Source: an uncultured Spirochaetota bacterium (GTDB lineage Bacteria; Spirochaetota; Spirochaetia; SZUA-6; Fen-1364). From it: DNA of 64,000 bases. Positions 9,692 to 20,494 of the stretch are shown here, in pieces. Below the pieces are notes generated by a model. The model was not told the DNA's origin and searched no databases. It saw nothing but the letters and a program-made list of their open reading frames with translations. Location: the NCBI GenBank assembly GCA_963845535.1, contig CAWJSK010000004.1, positions 32,001 to 96,000 on the forward strand, in the 5' to 3' direction. The first letter of the stretch is position 1, and each line of letters opens with the position of its first letter. The position numbers were made by a program, and so were the translations under genes.

Positions 9692-10949
9692 GTGACCAAG
9701 ATCCTTGCCGTTTCGTTGCTCCTTTTCCTCGCCGTTGTCCTGCCCGCGGCATTCCTGCCGGCGGAGCAGATCACTTTCCTCTATATGAAACAGTCCGGCT
9801 ATGACCTGGGGGACATTGTAGAACGAGCCGAGTCGTTTCGGCAAAAAACGGGCGTTCGTGTGAACCCCGTGTTCGTTGAGTACGAGGACCGCTACAACCT
9901 GATCCTCGAGTCCGCCGCCCGTACCATCCCCGACATGGACCTCATCCTCGTGGACCTGATCTGGGTGGCGGATTTTGCGGACAAGGGCATCATCGATCCG
10001 CTTCCCCAGGCGGTGGACAAGCGCGTGCGAAACGGGACGGTGCCGCAGATCTATTCCGCTTTCGGCTGGCATGACCGGCTATGGGCCATCCCGTTCCACA
10101 TCGACTTCCAGATGCTCTACACGAACATGGATGACATGAAGCGCATCGGCGCGGCGGCGCCGCCGGCCACGCTGGAGGAGATGGTACGCATGGCGCGCCG
10201 CGCAAAGGCCGCCGGCGTCGTGAAGTACCCGATCTTCGAGTCCTGGCGGCGCCAGGAAGTGCTCACGTGCGAGCTCACATGGCTTGTCGGGGCTTTCGGC
10301 GGTTCCCTCGTGGACGCCAACCGGAAGGGTGGACTGCGACAGTCCCGCGGCGCTGCGCGCCCTCACGTTCATGGTGGACCTCTTGGGAGACGGCATCGCG
10401 AGCCCCTACTCCCTGGAATCCGAGGAGAACTTCGTCTCGGAAGTCTTCCTTGCCGGGGACTGCATGTTCACGACAAACTGGAGCTTCCTGATACGACTTC
10501 TTTCAAAGAACGACCAGCCGGGCGTGCAGGATTGGAGAGTGAGCACCATCCCCGTTTCGGAGTCCGCCCTCCGGGCTGGAAGAAGCACCTCCAGCATCTG
10601 CGGGTTCGAGGGACTTGGAGTGCTCAGCAAATCAACCCACAAGAACGCTGCGTGGGCGTTCGCGCAGTACCTCGCCTCCCCGGAGTTCCAGGCAAAGCAC
10701 CTGGAGTTCATGCCTGCCTGGAAAGAGGTCTGGGAGACGGAGGGAGCGCGAGCGGAAGACCCGTTTCTCTCCATCAAGCAGATGCAGATCACCGGGCTCC
10801 AGTACCGGCAGGTCCATCCCCGCTATCGGCAGATCAGTGAAATCCTCCAGCACTGGGTTTCTCAGGCCCTTCATGGCCAGGTGACCCCGGCGGAGGCGCT
10901 TCGGGAAGCGCAGGCCCAGATCGACAAGGTTACCGGAGCGGCCCCGTGA
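9692..10949 (+). CDS. Sugar-type extracellular solute-binding protein (apparent frameshift near 10320)
   Basis: Signal peptide and 'LYMKQSGY', 'DLIWVADFA', 'MLYTNMD'. The C-terminal half is in ORF 10284..10949. Resembles the SBP at 14246. Confidence 0.8.
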
Positions 10950-12681
10950 AAAAGCTGGCCCAGCGCGTGCGGGACATGAAGCTCTCAGGAAAAATGACCT
11001 TGTTCTTCACCGTGCTGGTTCTGGGCCAGTTCTTCGTTTCCCTTGCCATCCTCACCACGATCATTTCGAGCACCAACCGTGACACGCTCACGGCCCGCAT
11101 GAGCTACACCCGCCAGGGAGTGGAAGGTTATCTGGAGGAGACGTTTCGGGACCTGCGCGTGAAAGGTGAGCTGATTGCGGGGCAGAAGAAGACAATCGAA
11201 TACACGGACTTCGGGCTGAAGACGCTCCTTGCCCGGGAGCTCGTCGTGTTTCGTGAATCCCTGGGGATCGACTCGATCTCCGTGTTCACGGACCCTGAGT
11301 ATCCGTTCGCCTCGACGCAGAAGTTCTCTTCCAACGGCGCCGGTCACCCGGGAGGAGATAGAACGATGCTTCCAGGGAGAGAGCGGTCTTTTCATTTCCA
11401 CGGAGGCGGGCGGACCCAGCCTCATGGTCCTTTCCCCCATTCGGAGGGCGGATGGGATCATTGGCGTGCTGTCACTGGGCCTCGCCCTGGATGAAGCGTT
11501 CGTTTCCCGGATAGAGAAGATCAGCGGGGCGGGGATTGTTTTCCAGTTTCACGACATTTCCCTGCACGGGGACTCCCTCACGGACGCCGGTGTTCAGAAG
11601 GTCCTGGCAGCCTACAACGGTTTGAGCGGGGATGCCGGCGTGATGATGGCGGGCGGGCACATCGTCGGCTCAGTGGAGCTCGGCGCCGTGGGCCTTCCTG
11701 GGGGAAGGATCCTCTGCCTCCTTGATACCGCAGAGACAACGCGCCTCATTGCCCGCTACAACCTGATCTCTCTGGTGTCCACCGTGCTCATTCTTGCCCT
11801 CGCCCTTGCCTCAGGTTTCGCTTTTTTCCGCCGCGCATTCTCCCGGCGGTTCCAGCTGATCCTCCAAGGCATCACGAAAATAGCCGGCGGCGACTTCCAT
11901 CCCCCCTTCCAGCTGGAGTGGGCCGACGAGCTGGGTCAGCTTGCCCAGGCGTTCGATGAGATGTGCCGCAGGCTGCTCGTACGGGAGACGGAGCTTTCCC
12001 AGCTACGGGAGAAGCTCGCCCTTTCCTCCAAGCTCGCGGCATTCGGTGAGATGGCCGCCGGCGTTGCGCACCAGATACGAAACCCCCTGGTGGTCATGAA
12101 GGTCTCCGCAGAGATGCTGCGGGACAACTTCACGGTGAACGGCGCGGTGGACAGGTACCAGAAGCTCACCAGCCTCATGATCGATGAGGCTGACACGCTC
12201 AACCTCGTGGTCTCGAACTTCCTCGACTTTGCGCGGCCGCGCAAGATCAGCCGCTCCCCGGCCTCGATCTCGGCCATCATCGATTTCTGCCTGGAAAGCC
12301 TTCCGCGTGGAGCGCTTTCAGGGCGTCTCGGTGCGCCGCGTCGTGGAGGAAGGCGTGCCCGAGCTTCCGCTTGACCGCAACCTCATTGGGCAGGCGCTCT
12401 CCAACCTCATCCTGAACGCGCTCCAGGCATCTCCGCCTCACGCGTCGGTTGAGGTCCGCGCTGGCATGGCGGACGGGAGGCTCCGCGTGGAAGTGCAGGA
12501 CTGGGGAGCGGGGATGAGCGCGGAGACGCAGCGCAGCATGTTCGACCCGTTCTTCACCACGCGGGACTCCGGCACGGGGTTGGGGCTTTCGATCGTGCAC
12601 CGCATTGTCGAAGACCACGGCGGGCTCATTGACGTGCGTTCCGCGCCGGGCCAGGGCTCGACGTTTGGCATTCTCCTGTAA
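10946..12681 (+). CDS. Membrane sensor histidine kinase with HAMP (apparent frameshifts near 11333 and 12305)
   Basis: Two TM segments, HAMP 'DELGQLAQAFDEM', H-box 'GVAHQIRNPL', 'NLILNALQA', 'FDPFFTT', 'GTGLGL', spread over three frames. Confidence 0.85.
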
Positions 12682-12692
12682 GGGGCAAGCCC

Positions 12693-14048
12693 ATGAAACG
12701 AATCCTTGTGGTCGATGATGAACCGAACGTTCGAACCGTGCTGACAATGCTCCTCGAGGATGACGGATATGAGGTCGTAAGCGCGGAGGACGGACAGAAA
12801 GGGATGGCGATGATCGACGGCCTGACGGACCTCGACCTCGTCATCACGGACCTCAAGATGCCGGGCGCTGACGGTCTTGCGCTCCTGCGCGCCCTGAAGC
12901 AGCAGGGACGGGACGTCCCGCTCGTCATGATCACCGCGTACGGCTCCATCGAGAAAGCCGTGGAAGCAATGAAAAGCGGCGCCGCGGACTTCATCACGAA
13001 ACCTTTCAACAAGGACGTCATCCGCCACGTCGTCCACAAGCTGCTGAAGGCGGAGGACCTGAAAAAGGAGAACGAGCTTCTTCGCCAGTCGTGCCCCGCG
13101 CCCGGGGTCATTGCGCGCAGTCCGGCAATGCGCGCCGTTCTGGACCTGGTGGACAAGGTGGCCGCCGCGCCGTCCGCCGTGCTCATCCTGGGAGAAAGCG
13201 GTGACCGGCAAGGAAGTGGTGGCGCGGGCCATCCATGCGCAGAAACGCCCAGGCGAGGAAAAAGCGATTTCAGCGTGCCGTTCGTCAGCATCAGTTGCCC
13301 CGCCGTCCCCGACACGCTGATCGAAAGCGAGCTTTTCGGGTATCGCAAGGGCGCTTTCACCGGAGCGTCGCAGAACTTCGGCGGGAAGATCAGCCAGGCG
13401 CGCGGCGGCGTGCTGTTCCTGGACGAGATTGCCGAGATACCGCTTTCGACTCAGGCCAAGCTCCTCCGCTTCATCGAGGAGAAAGTCTTCGAGCCGCTGG
13501 GGAGCACGACGCGGACGAAGGTGGACGCGAGGATCATCTGCGCCACGAACAAGGACCTGGAAACGCTTGTCCGCGAGGGAAAGTTCCGGGAAGACCTCTA
13601 TTATCGCATCAACACCATCACCATACGGGTGCCCGCCCTGCGCGAGCGTCAGGAAGACGTCCTGCCGCTGGCTGCGCACTTCCTCACCCACTACTGTGAG
13701 ACTCTTGGCAAGCACATCTCCACCATTACCGAAGCGGCTCAAGCGGCGCTCGTATCCTACTCATGGCCGGGGAACGTGCGTGAGCTTCGAAACGTGATGG
13801 AGCGGGCGGTTGTCCTTACGAGCGGCCCGTGCATCACAACAGAGAACTTCCCGGGACAGATGCTCGGGTTCCCGGTGGAGGAAGCCGGGGCCGCCAGGGA
13901 CAGCAAGCTCGAGCAAATGGAGAAGTCGATGCTCCTTGAGGTCATGCGCAGAAACGCGGGGAATGTTTCCTCCGCGGCTCGGGAGCTGGGCATCTCCCGC
14001 GACACCCTTCGCTACCGAATCAGGAAGTATGACATAGCCGTTGGGTGA
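12693..14048 (+). CDS. sigma54-dependent response regulator (NtrC family); compensating indels at about 13203-13270
   Basis: Receiver 'VVDDE...DLKMPG', 'ELFGYRKGAFTGA', 'WPGNVRELRN', C-terminal HTH. Walker A GESGTGKE is split across frames. Confidence 0.9.
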   Translation: MKRILVVDDEPNVRTVLTMLLEDDGYEVVSAEDGQKGMAMIDGLTDLDLVITDLKMPGADGLALLRALKQQGRDVPLVMITAYGSIEKAVEAMKSGAADFITKPFNKDVIRHVVHKLLKAEDLKKENELLRQSCPAPGVIARSPAMRAVLDLVDKVAAAPSAVLILGESGDRQGSGGAGHPCAETPRRGKSDFSVPFVSISCPAVPDTLIESELFGYRKGAFTGASQNFGGKISQARGGVLFLDEIAEIPLSTQAKLLRFIEEKVFEPLGSTTRTKVDARIICATNKDLETLVREGKFREDLYYRINTITIRVPALRERQEDVLPLAAHFLTHYCETLGKHISTITEAAQAALVSYSWPGNVRELRNVMERAVVLTSGPCITTENFPGQMLGFPVEEAGAARDSKLEQMEKSMLLEVMRRNAGNVSSAARELGISRDTLRYRIRKYDIAVG

Positions 14049-14079
14049 TATCACCCACTGACGTGGGGGATTTGCCCCA
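14042..14079. promoter_or_regulatory. Pair of related 16-bp palindromes, candidate enhancer (UAS)
   Basis: TGGGTGATATCACCCA (14042-14057) and TGGGGGATTTGCCCCA (14064-14079), 22 bp apart. Confidence 0.55.
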
Positions 14080-14177
14080 CCAGCAGACGGAGTGCCACTC
14101 TACCGAGGGTATCCGAGCAATCCGTTTCTGCTTATCCAACAAGCACTTGCACCCGTTTTCATCTCTCACTTGCTGCG

Positions 14178-14193
14178 TGGCATCCTTCTTGCT
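14178..14193 (+). promoter_or_regulatory. sigma54 -24/-12 promoter
   Basis: TGGCATCCTTCTTGCT (GG-N10-GC) upstream of the ABC operon and adjacent to a bEBP gene. Confidence 0.75.
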
Positions 14194-14245
14194 CTGTCAG
14201 GATCGCCCCCAGCCTTGAATCCCCACGGGGGCAAAGGAGAAATGC

Positions 14246-15484
14246 ATGACAAGAAAGAGTCTCATTATCACGGTCGTGCTCCTGGCCGTGGCGGCCGCGG
14301 CTTTTGCCGCGCCGGTCACGATCAACGCCCTGTTCATGAAGCAGGCAGGGTACCAGGAGGAGGACATCATCGCGGGCACCCGTGACTTCCAGGCGGCTCA
14401 CCCGGAGATCAACGTCAACCTTACGTTCGTGCCCTACGAGCAGCTGGAGGAAAAGATCATCACCTCCGCGCAGGCCGGAAGCTATGACGTGGTGCTGAGC
14501 GACGGCCCGTTCACGGCTAAGTTCGCGCAAGCGGGTATTGTCAAATCAGTGCCGCCGCTTTCCCCGGCGGATCAGAAGGACATCTTCGACGGCGCTCTCC
14601 TGTCCACGCTGTACAAGGGAAAGAGCTACGGAATGCCCTGGCTGAACGACTGCAAGTACCTCTTCTACAACAAAAAGGTCCTGCAGGCTGCCGGCTTCGC
14701 AAATCCCCCCCGCACATGGGAAGAGCTTGCGGCGCAGGCAAAAGTGATTCGGGACAAGAAGCTCGTGAAGTTCCCCATAGCGTGGAGCTGGGCGCAAGCG
14801 GAGTGCCTGACCTGTGACTTCACCGTTCTGTCCGCGGCATTCGGAGGAGCCATGTTCGACAAGGATGGCAACCCCACCATGACGGCGGCAGGGAACAAGA
14901 AAGCGCTGGAGTTCATGGTGGCTTCCCTCAAGGACGGGATCACCAACCCGAACTCGCTTGAGTTCACGGAGAATGAAGTGGACTCCACCTTCATCAAGGG
15001 AGACGCCGCGTTTGCGTTGAACTGGACGTTCCAGTTCAACGAGGCCCAGGATGCTTCCAAGTCAGCGGTGGTGGGGCAGGTGGGAATTGCGCTCATTCCG
15101 GGATCCGGCGCGGTCAAGAGCGCCACGGTGAACGGCGGCCAGCCCCTTTCGATCTCCGCGGGCAGCAAGCGTTCCGCAGAGGCGTGGCAGTACATCCTCT
15201 ATATGTCCTCCAAGGATTTCCAGAAGAAGTTCCCCAAGAATGCGCTCCCAATCTGGAAGTCTCTCTATGAGGACAAGGACGTGATTGCCACGGCGCCCGA
15301 GGTGGTGAAGGTGGCCAAGGACCAGTACAACTACCTGGTGAACAGGCCCGTGGTCCCGTTCTACAGCGAGTTCTCCACGGACCTCCAGGTGAGGATCCAG
15401 GAAGCGCTCCAGGGCAAGAAGACGGTGGACCAGGCGCTCCAGGAAACCCAGGCGAAGGCGCTCGAACTGGCGGGCAGGAAATAG
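14246..15484 (+). CDS. Carbohydrate ABC transporter substrate-binding protein (CUT1)
   Basis: Signal peptide, 'YGMPWLNDCKYLFYNK', 'PPRTWEEL'; RBS AAGGAG. Confidence 0.9.
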   Translation: MTRKSLIITVVLLAVAAAAFAAPVTINALFMKQAGYQEEDIIAGTRDFQAAHPEINVNLTFVPYEQLEEKIITSAQAGSYDVVLSDGPFTAKFAQAGIVKSVPPLSPADQKDIFDGALLSTLYKGKSYGMPWLNDCKYLFYNKKVLQAAGFANPPRTWEELAAQAKVIRDKKLVKFPIAWSWAQAECLTCDFTVLSAAFGGAMFDKDGNPTMTAAGNKKALEFMVASLKDGITNPNSLEFTENEVDSTFIKGDAAFALNWTFQFNEAQDASKSAVVGQVGIALIPGSGAVKSATVNGGQPLSISAGSKRSAEAWQYILYMSSKDFQKKFPKNALPIWKSLYEDKDVIATAPEVVKVAKDQYNYLVNRPVVPFYSEFSTDLQVRIQEALQGKKTVDQALQETQAKALELAGRK

Positions 15485-15491
15485 CCAGGCC

Positions 15492-16395
15492 ATGACGGTA
15501 TCGCGGCGGCAGGGGCTTTCTGAACAAAGGTTCGCGTTCCTGATCATTCTTCCTGCCGCCGTGGTCATTTTCGGCGTGGTCCTCTTTCCGCTGGTAACGA
15601 CGTTCATCTACAGCCTTCAGAACATGGAGCTCATCTCCGCTGAGAAAGGGAAATTCCTCGGCCTCCTGAACTACCTCCGCGTGCTAGGCTCGGACTGGTT
15701 CTGGCAGGCTCTGGGGCGCACGCTGTATTTCACCGGCGTTTCACTGGCGGTGGAAACCGTGCTGGGGCTCCTCATTGCGCTCCTGCTCAATACGCGGTTC
15801 ATCGGGGTCGGGTTCCTGCGCGTTCTCATCATTGTCCCGTGGGCAACCCCGGGGATCGTCACCGCCAGCATCTGGAAGTGGATCTACAACCCGGAATACG
15901 GAGTTCTCAACGCCGTGCTGACTCAGCTTCACCTCATGAGCCAGTACCGCGCGTGGCTCAGTGACCCTTTTCTGGCCATGAACATGGTAATCCTCGCGGA
16001 CGTGTGGAAGATGACGCCTTTTGCCGATCATCTTCTTCCTCGCCGCGCTCCAGTTCATCAACCGGTCACTCTACGAGGCGGCAACGGTGGACGGCGCGGG
16101 AGTCTTTTCCCGGTTCTGGCACATCACGCTGCCGTACCTCGTGCCCACCATTTCCGTGGTGGCGGTCATGCGAACCATGGAGAAGTTCAAGGCCTTCGAC
16201 GTGTTTTACGTGATGACACGGGGAGGCCCCGCAAACGGAACAAAAGTGCTCGTGTACGAGGCGTACCTGAGGGCGTTTTCGAACCTTCAATACTCGATTT
16301 CTTCCACGGTGTCCTACCTGATTGCAATTCTCGTGCTGGTGTTCACCGTCGTGTACGTGCGCCTGATGAAGCGAGCGGAGGCCAGCGACTCATGA
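15492..16395 (+). CDS. Carbohydrate ABC permease (MalF-like; apparent frameshift near 16025)
   Basis: 'ADVWKMTPF', then EAA motif 'LYEAATVDGA' in the next frame. Confidence 0.85.
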
Positions 16396-17238
16396 AAAGC
16401 AGGGCGTTCCCCGCGGTGCAGTATCTCGGCGCGCGTCCTCGTTCTGCTGTTTGTGGTAGCGCCGGTAGCCTGGATGTTCATCACGAGCATAGCCATCCAC
16501 CGCGACATCATTGCGGTCCCTTTGAAGATCATCCCCCACGAAGGCACGCTCCAGCGCTACCTCGACGTGTTCACGAACCCCGACAACGAGATTGCCCATG
16601 CCTTCGAGATTGCTATGCGCAACAGCCTCATCGTGTCCGGCTGCGTCACGATCATCTCCCTCATCCTTGGCTCGCTTGCTTCCTATGCCTTTGCGCGCCT
16701 GAGCTTCGCCTTCAAAGCAAACATCATGTACCTCATCCTTTTCACCTACATGATTCCTTCCGTGGTCGTAGTGATGCCGCTGTACCTTATCCTCAGCAGC
16801 CTCGGCATGCTCAACGTGAAGCCCACTCTCGTGCTCCTGTACCTCACCATGACGCTGCCATTCGTGATCTGGGTCATGCAGACATACTTCGGTTCGCTCT
16901 CGAAAACGTATGAAGAGTCGGCCTCCCTGGAGGGATGCAACCGGCTGCAGGTCCTCTGGCATATCTACTTCCCCCTGGCCCGCCCGGGGATCATCGCCAC
17001 GGCAATCCTTTCTTTCCTGATCGCATGGGACGAGTTCTTCTTTGCGCTCATCTTCACCTCTACCCTGGATGCAAAAACAATCTCGGTGGCGATTGCGGAG
17101 TTCAGCGGCAAGCACTACGTGGATTATGAGATGATTGCCGCCGGCGGCGTGATTGCCGCGCTGCCGCCCATCCTGATCGCGATCATTTTCCAGAAATACA
17201 TCGTGATGGGAATGACCTCCGGCGGGATCAAGGAATGA
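16392..17238 (+). CDS. Carbohydrate ABC permease (MalG-like; apparent frameshift near 16430)
   Basis: ATGA overlap at 16392; 'YEESASLEGC', 'AWDEFFFA', 'FQKYIVMGMTSGGIKE'. Confidence 0.85.
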
Positions 17239-17281
17239 GGCCTGTAGACGAGCAGGCATTCTTCCATCATCTTTGTCGGCA

Positions 17282-18374
17282 ATGGAGATATTCCTGGGAA
17301 TCTGGGGAAAGCTGCCGCGCGGATTCTCTGTCCTTGCGCCCATGGAGGACGTCACTGACACGGTGTTCCGCCAGATCGTTCGGGAGGCAGGGGCGCCAGA
17401 CCTCCTCATGACGGAGTTCACGAGCACGGACGGGCTGTGCTCGGAGGGGCGCTCCCGGGTCGTCAGCAGGCTCAGATTCGTGGACAACGAGCGGCCCCTT
17501 GTTGCCCAGGTCTGGGGAACAAAGCCGGAAAACTTCCTTCGCGTCGCTCGTGAGGTCAGGGAGATGGGTTTCGACGGCCTGGACATCAACATGGGTTGTC
17601 CGGTGAGGAAAATCATCAAGGGCGGCGCATGCGGCGCCTTGATCAACAATCAGGGTCTTGCCGGAGAGCTTATCAGTGCGGCGCGTGAAGGCGCGGGCGG
17701 CATGCCCGTCAGCGTGAAAACCAGGATCGGCGTGACGCGTCCCGTTCCCGAGGAGTGGCTTGGGTTCCTCCTCTCCCGGGGCATCAGCGCGCTCACCGTG
17801 CATGGGCGCACCGTTTCCCAGCAGTCGGAGGGGCTTGCTGACTGGGGCACCGTCTCCCTTGCGGTCAGGTTGCGCGACGCCGCGGGCGTTGCAACCCGCA
17901 TCATCGGCAACGGGGATGTACGCACGCCGCAGGCATTCCGCGAGAAGTTGGCAGAAACGGGCGCGGACGGGATCATGATCGGACGCGGGATTTTCGAAAA
18001 CCTGTTCCTCTTCAAGGCGATTCGGGAGGGAAACACCGGGAGCGCTGAAAGCGCCCGGCTCAGGCGGCGAGCCCACCGAGCTCTCCCTCCTTTCCCCGCG
18101 GGAGAAGGTGCTTCTTTTCCGCCGACACCTCGCCTTCCATCGGGAGACGTGGGGCGAGCACGGCAACTTCAACGTGCTCAAGAAGTTCGTCAAGACATAT
18201 CTGCGCGCTTTTTCTGGCGCGAGAGACCTCACCGACTCCGTCATGCACACGCACAGATATGCCGAAGCTTTGGACGTACTGGATGCCTGGCTCGCAACGC
18301 ACGAAGAGCCCGGCGGAAGGCCGAAGGCGGACGGTGCGCGTGCCGACGCAAAAGCCGAGCCTCTTGCGGGTTAG
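17282..18374 (+). CDS. tRNA-dihydrouridine synthase family protein (apparent frameshift at about 18045-18060)
   Basis: 'LAPMEDVTD', 'DINMGCP', 'SVKTRIG', 'VHGRT', 'IGNGDV', 'MIGRG'; C-terminal domain in ORF 18108..18374. Confidence 0.85.
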
Positions 18375-18385
18375 GGAGGAGAGTC

Positions 18386-18544
18386 ATGCCGTTGGGAGAA
18401 ACGCTTGTCACAAACGGAGTCATCACGAAGGAACAGCTTTCGACCGCGCTCGCGGAGCAGAAGAAGAACCCCAAAGAAAAAATCGGTGAGATCCTCTTGA
18501 GGCTGGGCTACCTCCCCATGGAAGAGCTCAAACCTTTCCTGTAA
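18386..18544 (+). CDS. Stand-alone MshEN-like small protein (52 aa)
   Basis: RBS GGAGGA at 18375-18380 and ATG at 18386. [52 protein letters not shown] matches the tandem MshEN motif. Confidence 0.75.
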   Translation: MPLGETLVTNGVITKEQLSTALAEQKKNPKEKIGEILLRLGYLPMEELKPFL

Positions 18545-18553
18545 GAAACGGAC

Positions 18554-20321
18554 CTAAAAGAGACCGCGCACCTTCCCCGTCTTCACGTCCACGTCGACGT
18601 TGCGGAACGCAGGCTCCGAAGCGGTTCCCGGCATGAGCTTGATGTCTCCTGCCACCGGCGACAATGAACCCCGCCCCGCGGTACTGGAGGATGTCCCGAA
18701 TGGGCAGAGTCCAACCCCGGGGCCGACCCTTGATGGTGGGGTCATGGGAAAGGCTCAGGTGAGTTTTCACCATGCAGGTCGCGAGCTTCGAAAGCTCCTG
18801 ATCGGCTTCGATCATCTTCAGCTTTTCCTGTGCAACCGGTGTATACGACACGCCGTCCGCGCCGTAGACTTTGGTTGCAATCAGCCTGATCCGCTCGGAC
18901 AAAGGCGTTGAAAGCTCGTAAAGGAACTTGAACTTCGGCGGCGTCTTGCACACATCCACCACCGCGTTGGCAAGCTCCACGGCCCCCTCCCCGCCCTTCT
19001 CCCAGTGGCGGGAAACCGCAACACGGGCTCCGGCTTTCTCAGCCGCTTTGCGTATCACGGCGATCTCATCATCGGTATCGGTGTAGAAATGGTTGATGCA
19101 GACCACGGGCTCGATCCCGGAGAGCTTGATGATCTCCACGTGTGCCACGAGATTCTCCAGGCCTTTCTCCACGAGCGGCACGTTCCTTTCCGTGTACGCC
19201 TTGTCCAGCGCCTTCCCCGGGACCACCCGTGGTCCGCCGCCGTGCATCTTCAGCGCCCGGACGGTGCAGACGAGCACGGAGCAGTTTGGCATGAGGCCGC
19301 TGAAGCGGCATTTCAGGTTCCAGAACTTCTCGAACCCGATGTCCGCGGCAAACCCGCTCTCCGTCACGTGGTAGTCAGCAAGCTTCAGCCCCACGCGATC
19401 CGCAATGATGGATGACTGGCCAATGGCGATATTGGCAAACGGCCCGGCGTGCACAAGAACGGGCTGGCCTTCGATTGTCTGCAGGAGGTTCGGGTTGATG
19501 GCCTTGGCCATGATGGCGGTCATGGCGCCATCCACCTGAAGGTCATGCGTCGTGACAGGCTTTCCCGATTTGCTGTACGCCACGACGATCTTTCCCATGC
19601 GTTCACGCAGGTCAGCCAGGGAGGAGGCAACGGCAAGAATGGCCATGATCTCGGAAGAGACGGTGATCTGGAACCCGCTCTTCATCATGAACCCATCCAT
19701 GTCGGAACCGAGCCCAATGATGATCTCCCGCATGGCTTGCGCGCAGAAGTCGATGGCCCAGCCCTGAGCAATGTTGCGCGGGTCTATGTCCAGGCGCTCC
19801 AAGCCGCGCTTCTTCAAGCCGGCGTCTCCGTAGTTGAACTCATGCTGGAGCCGGGCGGTGAGCGCCACCATGGAGAGGTTGTGCGCGTTCGTGATGGCGT
19901 CAAAGTCGCCGGTAAGCCCCAGGGAAAAGTCGGTGAGCGGGATGCACTGGGCAAGACCGCCGCCCGCAGCGGAGCCCTTGATGTTGAACGTCGGGCCGCT
20001 GGAAGGCTGGCGGATGGCGCCAATCACTTTCTTGCCCACCTTGCCGAGGCCTTCCACCAGCCCCATGGTGGTTGTGGATTTCCCTTCCCCGAGCGGCGTA
20101 GGCGTGATTGCGGTGACCTCGACGTATTTCCCATCCGGCCTGTCTTTCAGCCGGTTGAGGATGCTCATGTAGTCCAGCTTGGCAACGTAATGGCCGTAGG
20201 GAAGAAGCTCCCTGTCCTCCAGCCCCAGCTCCCGCGCAAGCTGCGTCACCGGCTTCATGCCGGCTTCCGCGGCTTCCGCGATCTCCCAGTCCTTCATCGT
20301 TTTCGGGTCGAGCTTCTGCAT
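18554..20321 (-). CDS. fhs: Formate--tetrahydrofolate ligase (apparent frameshift near 18659)
   Basis: '[15 protein letters not shown]', '[11 protein letters not shown]', '[14 protein letters not shown]', C-terminal '[10 protein letters not shown]'. Confidence 0.95.
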
Positions 20322-20449
20322 CAGTACAACCTCCGTTGTCGGCGTCGACACAACACCATGAACGAGTATGAGCGCGCTCTCACCTGCCCGTCTTGTACGG
20401 GGGCGCACGCTTTTGTAAAATCATGCTACAGTACGCGGGCAGCCTGCAC

Positions 20450-20478
20450 TTGCACAAGAAGCCCCGTATCCGTATCCT
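20450..20478 (+). promoter_or_regulatory. sigma70-type promoter for the pyr operon
   Basis: TTGCAC-17-TATCCT. Confidence 0.45.
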
Positions 20479-20494
20479 GCCTTGAGTCAACGGC

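Noticed and set aside
17273..18544. Dus-MshEN fusion as shown in the ORF track
   Set aside because: The Dus C-terminus continues in another frame to 18374, and the MshEN part has its own RBS and ATG
20322..20425. THF or ZTP riboswitch upstream of fhs
   Set aside because: Conserved core sequences were not recognisable on the coding strand
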